Below are positions 10,574-21,436 of a stretch of 64,000 bases of DNA, in pieces. The notes below the pieces were generated by a model. It ran no database searches and had not been told where the DNA came from. It saw only the letters and a list, made by a program, of their open reading frames with translations. A program made the position numbers and the translations under genes. Every line of letters begins with the position of its first letter. Within the stretch, counting starts at the first letter, position 1. Source of the stretch: an uncultured Alphaproteobacteria bacterium. GTDB taxonomy: Bacteria; Pseudomonadota; Alphaproteobacteria; Rs-D84. Location of the stretch: contig CALXMY010000001.1 of assembly GCA_944389595.1 (NCBI GenBank), positions 169,532-233,531 on the forward strand, read 5' to 3'.

Positions 10574-10783
10574 ATGTCTGATATAAAACAACAAATTTTT
10601 CATGAATTGGCCGCAATCGAAGATGCCGCCGCAAAATTACAGTCTGTTGCCGTAAATGCGGGGCGACAAACGGATCTGGAGGTGGCAATTTTAACCGAAC
10701 AGGTAAAAAATCTGCGTGATAAAAACGCGCGCGCAACAAATATGATAAACAAAACTATATCAATATTAAAGAATTTGAAATGA
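10574..10783 (+). CDS. small coiled-coil protein upstream of zapA (ZapB/DUF4164-like)
   Basis: ATG at 10574; heptad pattern; overlaps the zapA start. Confidence 0.65.
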   Translation: MSDIKQQIFHELAAIEDAAAKLQSVAVNAGRQTDLEVAILTEQVKNLRDKNARATNMINKTISILKNLK

Positions 10784-11055
10784 GTGTCGTATCAATACCA
10801 ATTGTTAATAAAAATTACCCCATGGGGTGCGAGGACGGACAAGAGGGCCGATTAATAGAATTGGGAAAAATGGTGGATGCGCGCGCCCGGGAAATTCTGG
10901 ATAAAATTGGGCCATTGCCGGAAAATGCATTGTTGGCGACATTGTGTATCGTTCTGGCGGACGAGGTTCATAATCGTCCCGCCCCGTCTGTTACGGATGC
11001 CGATTTGCGTGAAATATTGGCACGAATTCGTGAAATAAAAAATAAAATAAGTTAA
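10780..11055 (+). CDS. zapA: cell division protein ZapA
   Basis: Y.MGCEDGQEGRL...LCIVLADE motif typical of alphaproteobacterial ZapA. Confidence 0.9.
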   Translation: MSVVSIPIVNKNYPMGCEDGQEGRLIELGKMVDARAREILDKIGPLPENALLATLCIVLADEVHNRPAPSVTDADLREILARIREIKNKIS

Positions 11056-11078
11056 AAAAATGCGCATAATGCGCATTT

Positions 11079-11823
11079 TTATATTGTTCGTTCCATTTGT
11101 CGACGTATGGCATTATCATAAATTCCCGTGTAAAACATTATTGTATCTGCCAAAGTTTTTTGTGGAACTGGTGTGCGTGTATGGGTTTCGGTGCCACGGG
11201 TCCATCCTTCGACCCGGCGAATGGCGCGGGCCACATGTTGGATTTGTGCGTTTGATAATTCTGACAGTTTGGTTGTGGGATGCATCCCGGTTAATTTTTG
11301 TAAATTCATATTATAACTGGCGGTGTCATTTTCGTGTGGCGGTGCGTATTTTGATATGGCTTGGCTGATTGTCAGATTTTTGTACGAGTCAGATTTCAGC
11401 AATGTGCATATTGCGCGCATTCCGGTTTCGGCATCGGGAAAAACGGCAAAACCACCGGCGTATCCGATTGCACCCTGGGCCACGGTGAATTCAGAATATC
11501 GCAAACATCCCGGGTTATTGTTGCGCCATGCGCGCGTTCCGCCACTGCGACGCGTTTCGTCGCCATTTGCGCGTGTATATACAACATCGTATTTATGCGC
11601 GGTTGCACTGATTATTGATGTGTCAATATCAGCATGACTTTCCATTGCATAATGAACCATCAATGGTGGCATATCATTTTCTGTAAATATTTCATTGCTG
11701 GTGGTTGTTTTGTCAGTGGCGGAATTTGTTTCATTAATGGCCGTATTTCGTGGTGTAGCGGCCAACCCAAAAACCATCGCGGCACTGGACAAGACGTATG
11801 GAAATACGCGTTTGAACTTCATG
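11079..11823 (-). CDS. exported RNNNPG-domain protein, paralogue of 8388-9437
   Basis: Likely start MKFKRVFPY with a signal peptide; GGTRAWRNNNPGCLRYSEF...YAPPHENDT...VEGW is near-identical in motifs to the neighbouring paralogue. Confidence 0.75.
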
Positions 11824-12006
11824 GTCAATAATCCCGTTGTTAATTTATGTGTTAAATATGTCCCAGCACAATTTTTATTTATGTTTATATGCTGTGGAAT
11901 GTAAATTTTGTATATACATATATACCGAAAAAAGTAAAAATCAAGTAAAAAGTTCAATATTTTTTCTGTTGTTATTTTTTTATAAATGTTTTAATTTTGT
12001 CGTGTT

Positions 12007-14241
12007 ATGAGCAAGGAAGTTATCGAAAGAATTGATTCACAGCAACTGGCGGATGCATTATCCGAACGGTATTTATCATACGCGGTCAGCACGATTGTGT
12101 CGCGCGCGTTGCCTGATGTGCGCGATGGCTTAAAACCGGTGCATCGTCGCATTTTATATTCCATGTTGCGGCAAAAATTGTCGCCAAATGCGGCGTTTCG
12201 CAAATGTGCAACCGTTGTTGGGGACGTTTTGGGGCATTATCACCCGCATGGCGATTCATCGGTGTATGATGCCATGGTGCGTCTGGCCCAGGATTTTTCC
12301 GTGCGGTATCCATTAATTGATGGCCAGGGTAATTTTGGAAACATTGATGGTGACCCCCAGGCGGCATATCGTTACACTGAATCCAAAATGACTGATGCCG
12401 CGATGCTGATTATGGATGGCATTGACGAAGACAGCGTTGATATGATGCCAAATTTTGATGGCACAACAACGGAACCGGTTGTTATGCCGGGGGCGTTCCC
12501 GAATTTGTTGGCAAATGGCGGAATGGGAATCGCGGTTGGTATGGCGACGAACATCCCAACCCATAACGTGGCCGAGGTTTGCGATGCATTAACATTGGTG
12601 GTTGATAATCCGGATGCCACAACAACCCAAATTATGAAAAAGTTAATTGGGCCTGATTTTCCAACGGGCGGGGTGCTGGTTGATTCATTTGATACGATTG
12701 TAAAAAATTATGATACAGGGCGGGGCGCATTTCGTATTCGTGCAAAATGGGAAATTGAAAAATTGGATCGTGGCGCGGAACAGGTTGTAATTACTGAAAT
12801 TCCATATGGAATCATAAAATCCAAATTGGTGGAACAAATTGCAAACCTGATTGATGCGAAAAAATTGCCGTTGGTTGATGATATATCGGATGAATCGACA
12901 ACATCTGTGCGCATTGTTATTACACCCAAAAGTCGTAACGTGCCCGCCGATAAAATGATGGCGCATTTATTCGCAATGACGGATTTGGAATATAAATTCA
13001 ATATGAATTTTAACGTCATTGATTCACGCGGTGTTCCACGTGTGATGGGTATTGGTGATGTTTTGCGCGAATTTATTGCGCACCAGAAAAATGTTTTAAT
13101 ACGTCGCACTAATTGGCGTTTGGGTAATATTGCACGGCGTTTGGAAATTTTGGGTGGATTATTAATTGTATACCTGAATCTGGACAGGGTTATTGAAATC
13201 ATCCGAAACGAAGATGACCCAAAATCCGTATTAATGTCCGAATTTAAATTAACCGAAATTCAGGTAGAGGCAATATTAAACACGCGTCTGCGTTCTTTGC
13301 GTAAATTAGAGGAAATGGAAATCCGTCGCGAAGATGCTGCATTATTGGCCGAACAAAAACAGTTAAATGAATTATTGGCCAGTCCAGACATGCAGAATGA
13401 GCAATTAAAGGCATGGTTTGCGGACATAAAAAAACAGTATGATAAAAAAACGGCACTGGGGCGGCGGCGTACGCAATGGGTGCCACAAACCGCGGAAATC
13501 GTTGTTAATACCGACGAATTTATTGAAAAAGAACCACTGACAATAATTTTATCCACGGCGGGTTGGATTCGTGCGGCCAAAGGCAATCTGGATTTAAATA
13601 ATTTGGATTTGAAATTCAAAGAGGGCGACGAATTACAATTTGCATTTCATGCAATGTCCACGGATAAAATCAATTTGTTCGCCAGTGGGGGTAAAATGTT
13701 TACTTTGGCGGCGAACGATTTGCCGTCTGCGCGTGGGTTTGGCGAATCTGTGCGAATGATGGCCGATATTGGGGCCGATGAAAATATCGTTGCGGCATTT
13801 GTTTTGGATGTGAATGCAAAATATTTATTGGTTGGTCGCCATGGAACCGGGTTTATTGTTGCGGGCGAAAATTGTTTGGCACAAACGCGCACCGGTAAAC
13901 AGGTTATGAATACTGATGATAAAAATCCGGCAATAATGTGCGTGCGTGTTACCGGTGATACTGTTGCCATGTCGGGGTCAAATGATAAATTGTTGATATT
14001 CCCGGCATCTGAAATACCGGAAATGACCCGGGGCAAGGGCGTGATTTTGCAAAAATATAACGCTGAACGCACGTATGTTTTGGATGTGATGTTTTTCAAT
14101 GCGGCCGATGGTTTTGGGTGGACGACCGGGCGTGGCACGACAAAATTGGATGATTGGTCACCGTGGACCGGCCGCCGCGCATCCCAGGGGCGTACAATTC
14201 CGGTTGGGTTCCCACGCAGCGGAAAATTCGGCAAACAGTAA
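12007..14241 (+). CDS. parC: DNA topoisomerase IV subunit A
   Basis: [24 protein letters not shown] and AAYRYTE motifs; 744 aa; C-terminal GKGVILQ as in ParC. Confidence 0.93.
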   Translation: MSKEVIERIDSQQLADALSERYLSYAVSTIVSRALPDVRDGLKPVHRRILYSMLRQKLSPNAAFRKCATVVGDVLGHYHPHGDSSVYDAMVRLAQDFSVRYPLIDGQGNFGNIDGDPQAAYRYTESKMTDAAMLIMDGIDEDSVDMMPNFDGTTTEPVVMPGAFPNLLANGGMGIAVGMATNIPTHNVAEVCDALTLVVDNPDATTTQIMKKLIGPDFPTGGVLVDSFDTIVKNYDTGRGAFRIRAKWEIEKLDRGAEQVVITEIPYGIIKSKLVEQIANLIDAKKLPLVDDISDESTTSVRIVITPKSRNVPADKMMAHLFAMTDLEYKFNMNFNVIDSRGVPRVMGIGDVLREFIAHQKNVLIRRTNWRLGNIARRLEILGGLLIVYLNLDRVIEIIRNEDDPKSVLMSEFKLTEIQVEAILNTRLRSLRKLEEMEIRREDAALLAEQKQLNELLASPDMQNEQLKAWFADIKKQYDKKTALGRRRTQWVPQTAEIVVNTDEFIEKEPLTIILSTAGWIRAAKGNLDLNNLDLKFKEGDELQFAFHAMSTDKINLFASGGKMFTLAANDLPSARGFGESVRMMADIGADENIVAAFVLDVNAKYLLVGRHGTGFIVAGENCLAQTRTGKQVMNTDDKNPAIMCVRVTGDTVAMSGSNDKLLIFPASEIPEMTRGKGVILQKYNAERTYVLDVMFFNAADGFGWTTGRGTTKLDDWSPWTGRRASQGRTIPVGFPRSGKFGKQ

Positions 14242-14316
14242 AATAAATATGATTAAAATTCCCCTTGTATCGTATTGGTAAAATTTCTACAATGGAAATA
14301 AAGAAAGGGGTAATCC

Positions 14317-15444
14317 ATGGGGAAAATTCCATATATTTTGGCATTTGTCGGATTGTTGGCGGCGTGTAATGATGGTGGTTCGCCATCGTCGGGGTATCAA
14401 CGGCCCGGAAATTTTCAGCCCGGAAATCGCCCGTATGAAAATCGCGCGAAAACAGATAATAAAAAAATCACCAATATGACCATTACAAACGAAACCCAGG
14501 CTGTGGCCAATATTGCCAGCCTGTTGCGCGGTTATCCCGGGACGGATAAAAATACCGATAATTTGAAAATTGCGGACATGGCAATTCAAATTGCCACCGG
14601 GCGTGATGATTTTGATGATGTCAGTGCGGATGTTTTTAAACCGGCATTATACGTAATTTCCCAGGATTTATATTCCACATGTGCCGATGGTGCAAATGTT
14701 TCGACGTGTGTTGCAAATTGGCGGGCAAAAAATTCGTCGGAAATGAAAAAACGTTTGTCATATTTGCGCGAATGGTCCGAACCAATCGATATATCAACGG
14801 CCACATTTTTATCAACCGCCGATACTGAATTAAAATTTACGGTTGATGATGCCGGGAATATTACCGACATTACCGTAAACGATGACAGTTTTAAACGCGA
14901 TGGTACAACAAATCGATTTGTGTCGGGAAATCGTACATTGACATACGATTCCGGGTCCAGCAGCAGTTTTAAATTATCATACGCTGATTTCGGAATGTAT
15001 AATATCGCAACAGATGATGTGCCCGGTGAAAAAATTGCCTTTGCCGGCGGGTATAAAACCAAAATGGCCGATATCACAAAAATCAAAAATTCCAAAATGT
15101 TCAGTGGAATCGCGGTTGGCAATGTTACAAATGGCGACAAAGAATTTGCATTAAATGGAACCGCACAATTAAATGTTGAAAATATTGAATCAACATTGCA
15201 TACAACATTACAGGTTGGTTTTGATAATTGGTACGGATTTACAGTAAATCAAACCGGCACAGAAAACCCAACAATCAAGTTTACTGATACCGCAAATACC
15301 GGATTTGATCCAACGGGTAATGGCAATGTATCAATGAATGTCGGGTATTATGGGCCTGATGGCACCCCGACCGAGGCTGTTGGTACCGTTCATTATACCG
15401 AAACAGACGGCATAAATATGGATGTTGCATTCGGTGTGCATTAA
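14317..15444 (+). CDS. surface lipoprotein with C-terminal TbpB/HupA-like beta-barrel
   Basis: Lipobox LAAC; LSYADFG, FAGGY, YYGPDGTPTEAVG and final strand MDVAFG. Confidence 0.7.
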   Translation: MGKIPYILAFVGLLAACNDGGSPSSGYQRPGNFQPGNRPYENRAKTDNKKITNMTITNETQAVANIASLLRGYPGTDKNTDNLKIADMAIQIATGRDDFDDVSADVFKPALYVISQDLYSTCADGANVSTCVANWRAKNSSEMKKRLSYLREWSEPIDISTATFLSTADTELKFTVDDAGNITDITVNDDSFKRDGTTNRFVSGNRTLTYDSGSSSSFKLSYADFGMYNIATDDVPGEKIAFAGGYKTKMADITKIKNSKMFSGIAVGNVTNGDKEFALNGTAQLNVENIESTLHTTLQVGFDNWYGFTVNQTGTENPTIKFTDTANTGFDPTGNGNVSMNVGYYGPDGTPTEAVGTVHYTETDGINMDVAFGVH

Positions 15445-15468
15445 CCAATTTTAATTATGGGGGCAAAC

Positions 15469-16758
15469 ATGAAAAAAATATTTTGTGCGCTGGTAATAAT
15501 GGCTGGATTGGCGGGATGTACAAATGGCAACGATTCACCAACGTATCCCCGTGGCAGCGATTCTTATGAACCGCACCCAACAAACCCAACATATACATTT
15601 GAAGAATCGGATGAATACAAACAAATTGCCCAAAATAAATCTATCACTGGTATGTATATTCGTAATGCGGACCAGGTCGCGGACTATATTGATTACCGTT
15701 TAAATGAATGGGATACTTTTAATCCGGGGGTGGGTAAGAATATTAGTAAAATCGATATTGCAAATGCCGCATTATATTTAACAAATGATGAATTGGATGC
15801 ATCCGCGATAAAATCATATTTTGATGGAAAAACAACATTGTTTCACATGGCGGTTTATGTTGTGAATAATTTGTTAAACCGTTGTTTTGATACCGGTGTG
15901 GATTCGGCAAAATGTTTTGTTGAATGGCGTGACAAAAATCAATCTGCTTTTGATACGATTGCAAATGAAATAAATAATAATACCAGTATTTTGACGGCTG
16001 ATGACATTATATTAAATACCGCTGATAACGATAAGCTGACATTTTTAATGGATGATGATGGCGTGATTATTGGTGTAAAAATGACTGATTCCAATGACGA
16101 AAATCCGGTTAAATTCGACAATTGGGTTGCTCACAATGCAAATCCGAATTTTGCCACGTTGCAACAGTTTACATATTCATCATATGGTCGTAATTTGGGC
16201 TTAAAGTATTCTGATTTTGGTGACTATGTGATTGAAACAACGAAATATGATGAATTGAATGATAAATTAACCAAAACCAATGAAAAGGGGGTATTTGCCG
16301 GTGGCCACACATCAAAAATGATTGATGAAAAAAATATAGAATTGCCCACAAACAGTGTACAATTTGAAGGCCAATCAACTATGTTGGTCACATCTGATCG
16401 TGGTGATACACCAGAACAGAAGTTGTTCCACGGTGGTACTACATTAGATGTCTATAAGGATGGTACGGTTAATTTCAATGCGAACTTTAATGGATGGTAT
16501 GATGTACATGCCCAAAAGAAACTGGGTGAAAATAACGTAAAATTTAAATTTGATAATTATACGGGTGATGTATACAGCCAAAATTTCCAATTTGAATCAG
16601 AACAGGATAGAACCGCTTATGCGGACGGAACGTTGGATATAAAATATTATGGCCCGAATCCGGAAAACGGCATTCCAACAGAGGCCGCCGGTTTCGCCAA
16701 TGTCGACCAGGGTGCCGGTGGTATAAAAATGGATATGGCATTTGGGGTTAAACGATAA
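15469..16758 (+). CDS. surface lipoprotein, tandem paralogue of 14317-15444
   Basis: Lipobox LAGC; LKYSDFG, FAGG, YYGPN..PTEAAG and MDMAFG. Confidence 0.7.
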   Translation: MKKIFCALVIMAGLAGCTNGNDSPTYPRGSDSYEPHPTNPTYTFEESDEYKQIAQNKSITGMYIRNADQVADYIDYRLNEWDTFNPGVGKNISKIDIANAALYLTNDELDASAIKSYFDGKTTLFHMAVYVVNNLLNRCFDTGVDSAKCFVEWRDKNQSAFDTIANEINNNTSILTADDIILNTADNDKLTFLMDDDGVIIGVKMTDSNDENPVKFDNWVAHNANPNFATLQQFTYSSYGRNLGLKYSDFGDYVIETTKYDELNDKLTKTNEKGVFAGGHTSKMIDEKNIELPTNSVQFEGQSTMLVTSDRGDTPEQKLFHGGTTLDVYKDGTVNFNANFNGWYDVHAQKKLGENNVKFKFDNYTGDVYSQNFQFESEQDRTAYADGTLDIKYYGPNPENGIPTEAAGFANVDQGAGGIKMDMAFGVKR

Positions 16759-16773
16759 CGGGGTGTAACATAT

Positions 16774-16804
16774 AAAAATCGGCATCATTTGATGCCGATT
16801 TTTT
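16774..16804. terminator. bidirectional intrinsic terminator
   Basis: AAAAATCGGCATCA-TT-TGATGCCGATTTTT between convergent genes. Confidence 0.8.
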
Positions 16805-16830
16805 ATAAAACCTGAAAATTATGCCACAAA

Positions 16831-17010
16831 TTAATGGGGCATTTTGGCTTCGGTCATGACGACATGCTTGCGCAGTTTCGGGTCATATTTACGAAACTTC
16901 ATTTTGCCGGCCGTATTTTCCGAACGTGTATTTTTTGTTGTTGTATAGAAATAGCCGGTTTCCTTGTTTTCCAGCTTTACAACTTCTTTGCTGCCTTTCT
17001 TGGATGCCAT
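16831..17010 (-). CDS. rpmG: 50S ribosomal protein L33
   Basis: Manual translation: [59 protein letters not shown] (59 aa, below the ORF-track cutoff). Confidence 0.95.
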   Translation of the reverse strand: MASKKGSKEVVKLENKETGYFYTTTKNTRSENTAGKMKFRKYDPKLRKHVVMTEAKMPH

Positions 17011-17099
17011 TTTATAAACCTTTTATTTATTGTGCGTGGTATTGTAGGTTAAAAATTACTGGAAATCAAGTACTTTTTATTATAGTATCACAAACAATC

Positions 17100-17184
<85 letters not shown>

Positions 17185-17445
17185 TTTTCCACATTTTAAT
17201 GAACCGGATAATTACGCGGAAACGATGGATCGGGCCGGGCCAAATCCGATTTTACGCCACATGCGGCCACGATTAATGTCGAAATTAATAAAAATCCCAA
17301 AAAAATTTTTTTCATGCGTTAAATTATACCCTGAAAAATCCCATAATGTCAAATTTTACCGTGATTGTGTGAAATCAGTCCTGTTTATTCGCATGGCGTG
17401 CGCGTATTACAATTGTCGTGTATCAAAAACCAAAGGAGAGAGATT

Positions 17446-19218
17446 ATGTATTACAGTAACGGCAATTACGAAGCGTTTGCCCAACCTTTGCCACCGGCGG
17501 ACGCAGCAAAAAAATCGGCATATATTGTTGGGGGTGGTTTGGCCGGGTTGGCGGCCGCCGTATTTATGATTCGCGACGGCAAAATGCGCGGCAATAAAAT
17601 TCATATATTCGAAGAATTGTCAATCGCCGGCGGCAGTATGGACGGTATTAAAAATCCACAACGTGGTTTTATTATTCGTGGCGGCCGTGAAATGGAGGCG
17701 CACTTTGAAACATTATGGGATTTATTTCGTTCCATTCCGTCATTGGAAAATCCGGATATATCGGTGCTGGATGAATTTTATTGGCTGAATAAATCAGACC
17801 CCAGTTTTTCGCATTGTCGCGCAATTGAACGCCGTGGGCATCGCATGCGTGACGATGGTAAATTAACTTTATCACCAAATGCAATTCGCGAAATGATAGA
17901 TTTGGCCTTGACACCCGAAGAAAAATTACAAGATGTTCAAATCGACCAAGTATTTGGCAATGAATTTTTTGAATCAAATTTCTGGTTATATTGGGCAACA
18001 ATGTTTGCATTTGAAAAATGGTCCAGTGCAATGGAAATGCGGCGGTATTTGTTGCGCTTTATTCATCATGTTGGAAAATTGGCCGACATGTCTGCATTAA
18101 AATTTACAAAGTATAATCAATACGAATCTTTAATAACCCCACTAGTGCGGTGGTTGGAATCCCATGGGGTAAAATTCCATTTTGATACAATTATCACGAA
18201 CATAGATGTTAATTGTAAACAAAATAAAAAAGTTGCACAAAAAATAGAAATGATAAAATCCGGCCGCAAACGCGAAATAAAACTGACCCCGAATGATTTG
18301 GTGTTTGTTACTAATGGATCTATTACCGAAAGCACCACATACGGCGACAACGATACACCGGCGGAACAACGGCATGAAATTGGTGCGTCATGGCAGTTAT
18401 GGAAAAATCTGGCCGCACAATGCGACGAATTTGGCCGTCCTGAAAAGTTTTGTGAAAATATTCCTGGTGCAAATTGGGTCATATCGGCCACAATTACGCT
18501 GTTTGACGATACTGTTGTGCCGTATATAGAAAAAATTTGCAAAAAAAATCCGCACAGTGGTTCAATTGTCAGCAGCGGGCCTGTTACAATCAAGGATTCT
18601 AATTGGTTGTATGGGTTCAGTATTTCGCGCCAACCGCATTTCCGCGCGCAAAAGCCAAATGAAATAGTTGTGTGGACATATGGATTATTGTCTGATACAG
18701 ACGGAAATTATATCAAAAAGAAAATCGCGGATTGTACCGGGGCAGAATTATGCGCAGAATGGCTGTACCATATTGGGGTGCCAACATCACAAATTGATGA
18801 TATTGCGCATAATCGGTCCAGCACAGTCCCGGCCCATATGCCATATATAACGACGTATTTTATGCCACGTGCAATTGGCGACAGACCATTGGTTGTTCCG
18901 CATGGTTCGGTAAATTTGGCATTTATTGGCAATTATGCGGAAACAGAACGCGATACAGTGTTTACCACTGAATATTCGGTGCGCACCGCGATGCAGGCCG
19001 TATACACATTGTTAAATATTGATCGTGGCGTTCCCGAAGTATTTGATTCGTGTTTTGATATACGCATGTTGTTACAGAGCATATACTATCTGAACGATCA
19101 TAAAAAATTACGTGAAATTGATGTTCCGTGGGTTATGAAATTGTTGGAAAAACAGGGAATGAAACATGTTCATGGCACATATTTGGAACAATTGTTGCGT
19201 GATGCAAAATTAATATAA
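17446..19218 (+). CDS. ohyA: oleate hydratase (myosin-cross-reactive antigen family)
   Basis: MYYSNGNYEAFA start with AAGGAG SD; GGGLAGL FAD motif; RGGREM; YNQYES; FTTEYSVRTA. Confidence 0.95.
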   Translation: MYYSNGNYEAFAQPLPPADAAKKSAYIVGGGLAGLAAAVFMIRDGKMRGNKIHIFEELSIAGGSMDGIKNPQRGFIIRGGREMEAHFETLWDLFRSIPSLENPDISVLDEFYWLNKSDPSFSHCRAIERRGHRMRDDGKLTLSPNAIREMIDLALTPEEKLQDVQIDQVFGNEFFESNFWLYWATMFAFEKWSSAMEMRRYLLRFIHHVGKLADMSALKFTKYNQYESLITPLVRWLESHGVKFHFDTIITNIDVNCKQNKKVAQKIEMIKSGRKREIKLTPNDLVFVTNGSITESTTYGDNDTPAEQRHEIGASWQLWKNLAAQCDEFGRPEKFCENIPGANWVISATITLFDDTVVPYIEKICKKNPHSGSIVSSGPVTIKDSNWLYGFSISRQPHFRAQKPNEIVVWTYGLLSDTDGNYIKKKIADCTGAELCAEWLYHIGVPTSQIDDIAHNRSSTVPAHMPYITTYFMPRAIGDRPLVVPHGSVNLAFIGNYAETERDTVFTTEYSVRTAMQAVYTLLNIDRGVPEVFDSCFDIRMLLQSIYYLNDHKKLREIDVPWVMKLLEKQGMKHVHGTYLEQLLRDAKLI

Positions 19219-19223
19219 AATAC

Positions 19224-19455
19224 TTGCCCCCGCACGGGGGCAAATTTATTTACTGGATTGCCACGCTTCGTTTGCGATAACAAATGGGAATGCGCACTCC
19301 CTTACCACCCCGGCACATCGGGCCCCGCGCAAACAAAGTTTGCGTGGGTGGAACCTGGGCGGGGGGGGTGTCGCGCAAAGCGCGACGGGGGTGGTTTATC
19401 ACGAATAACGAGTTACGAGTAACGAGTAACTAAAACGGGGCATCCGCCCCGTTTT
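19224..19455. repeat. terminator plus a mosaic of REP-like palindromes and a 7-bp tandem repeat
   Basis: TTGCCCCCG-CA-CGGGGGCAA hairpin; GGATTGCCACGC; CGCGCAAAC-AAA-GTTTGCGTG; GTCGCGC-AAA-GCGCGAC; (ACGAGTA)-type repeat x4 near 19401-19430; AAAACGGGGC-ATCC-GCCCCGTTTT. Confidence 0.55.
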
Positions 19456-20454
19456 TTATATCAGTTTCCCAATCGCAATGGCCGTATCACACATCCGGTT
19501 TGAAAAGCCCCATTCGTTATCATACCATGCGGTTACATGTACCAAACGATTGCCCAATATCTTTGTTTGCGACGCATCAAAAATTGAACTGTGCGTGTTA
19601 CCTTTGAAATCAACGGATACCAATGGTAATTCATTATATCCGAATGTTTCAGATTGGGCCGCGCGCATCGCGTTATTAATTTCATCAACTGTTGCATCGC
19701 GCGTTAAATTCACAACCAATTCAACCACGGAAACATCGGGTGTCGGTACGCGTATTGCCATGCCATCCAATTTCCCCGCCAAATTTGGTAATACTAAACC
19801 GATTGCCTTGGCGGCACCGGTACTGGTTGGAATCATTGACAGCCCGGCCGCACGTGCACGACGGAAATCTTTGTGATTTTTGTCCAATAATTGTTGATCG
19901 CCGGTATATGCGTGTACAGTTGTCATCCATCCGGATTCAATACCAAATTTTTCATCCAATACCTGGGCCACCGGTGCCAGGCAATTTGTTGTGCATGACG
20001 CATTGGAAACAATCAAATCATCGGATGTCAATGTGTTTTGATTTACACCAAATACGATTGTTTTGTCCGCCCCCGCCGATGGTGCGGAAACCAATACACG
20101 CCGCGCCCCGCAATCCAGATGCACGCGCGCCTTGTCTGCGGCGGTGAAAATACCGGTGCATTCCATAACAACATCGATATTCATATCGCCCCACGGTAAT
20201 TTAGATGGGTCGCGTTCCGACAGACATTTTATTTTCTGATTCCCCGCGATTATATATTCGCCGTCCAATTTAACATCAATTGGTAATTTCCCATGTACAG
20301 AATCATACTGTAACAAATATGCATTTTGTTCGGCCGGTGCCAAATCGTTTACTGCGACAAATTCAATATCGTCACGACCCGATACCAATGCAGCACGTAA
20401 AACCAAACGACCAATACGGCCAAAACCATTAATAGCAACTCTTAATTTTGACAT
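19456..20454 (-). CDS. gap: glyceraldehyde-3-phosphate dehydrogenase type I
   Basis: INGFGRIGR, SNASCTTNCLAP and WYDNEWG motifs. Confidence 0.98.
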   Translation of the reverse strand: MSKLRVAINGFGRIGRLVLRAALVSGRDDIEFVAVNDLAPAEQNAYLLQYDSVHGKLPIDVKLDGEYIIAGNQKIKCLSERDPSKLPWGDMNIDVVMECTGIFTAADKARVHLDCGARRVLVSAPSAGADKTIVFGVNQNTLTSDDLIVSNASCTTNCLAPVAQVLDEKFGIESGWMTTVHAYTGDQQLLDKNHKDFRRARAAGLSMIPTSTGAAKAIGLVLPNLAGKLDGMAIRVPTPDVSVVELVVNLTRDATVDEINNAMRAAQSETFGYNELPLVSVDFKGNTHSSIFDASQTKILGNRLVHVTAWYDNEWGFSNRMCDTAIAIGKLI

Positions 20455-20563
20455 TTATACTTCCTTTCTTTATTTACATGGGAATTATTTTATCATGCTG
20501 GGCGGAATGTGCAATCTGAAAATTGGTTATGCTTGAATTTCATTATATGCGCGATATAATCCA

Positions 20564-21433
20564 ATGGAAATGGATAAACAGTATACATCATATATAATAA
20601 CCGGGCCAACCGCATCGGGAAAATCGGAATACGCGCATAATTTGGCGCGTAAAATTGGCGGGGTTATAATAAATTGCGACAGTGTTCAAATTTATCGTGG
20701 TATCGAAAATATATCGGCCAGTCCGTTCGCCGGCCGCACCGTTTCTGATGAAATCGATGGTGTGCCATATCGGTTGTTTTCCATATTACCGTTATCCGCA
20801 CAAATCAGTGTGGCGGATTATCTGAATTTGGCGCGTCGTGAATATGACGCGGCCATTGCGTCGGGGCGCACACCGATATTTGTTGGCGGAACGGGCTATT
20901 ATGTCAATGCGATAACGGACGGGATTTCGCCCATGCCGGAAATAACGGATGAAAATCGCGCGCGTGCGCGCGAAATGGTGGCGACCGATTTGGAGGGGGC
21001 GCGCAAAATGTTGCCGACCGAATTTACCGCAACCGACCCGCAACGTGTTGCCCGCGCAGTCGAAGTTTTTTTGCAAACTGGCCGTCATATAACCGAATGG
21101 CAAAAATTGCCACGCAGTGGCGCGATTACCCCAACCCCGTACAAAATTTTAATTAACCCAGATATGTCTGAATTGCGTCCGCGCATTGCGGCGCGTATTC
21201 CAAAAATGGTGGCGGGCGGCGCATTGGACGAAGCGCGCGCCATAATTTCCGCAAAATGGGACGCGTCGCGTGCGATTGGTGCGGCGCAATTGTGTGCATA
21301 TCTGCGCGGGGAAATTTCGCGTGATGAATGTATTAATGATTGGATAACAAAAACAAATCAATATGCAAAACGGCAGCGAACATGGTTTCGTACCCAGTTC
21401 GCCGCCGATGAAATTATAAATCACGCAATATAA
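20564..21433 (+). CDS. miaA: tRNA dimethylallyltransferase
   Basis: GPTASGKS, DSVQIYR, VGGTGYY and YAKRQRTWF motifs. Confidence 0.95.
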   Translation: MEMDKQYTSYIITGPTASGKSEYAHNLARKIGGVIINCDSVQIYRGIENISASPFAGRTVSDEIDGVPYRLFSILPLSAQISVADYLNLARREYDAAIASGRTPIFVGGTGYYVNAITDGISPMPEITDENRARAREMVATDLEGARKMLPTEFTATDPQRVARAVEVFLQTGRHITEWQKLPRSGAITPTPYKILINPDMSELRPRIAARIPKMVAGGALDEARAIISAKWDASRAIGAAQLCAYLRGEISRDECINDWITKTNQYAKRQRTWFRTQFAADEIINHAI

Positions 21434-21436
21434 AAA

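Noticed and set aside
11056-11080. 6S RNA downstream of zapA
   Set aside because: The spacer is only about 23 bp, leaving no room.
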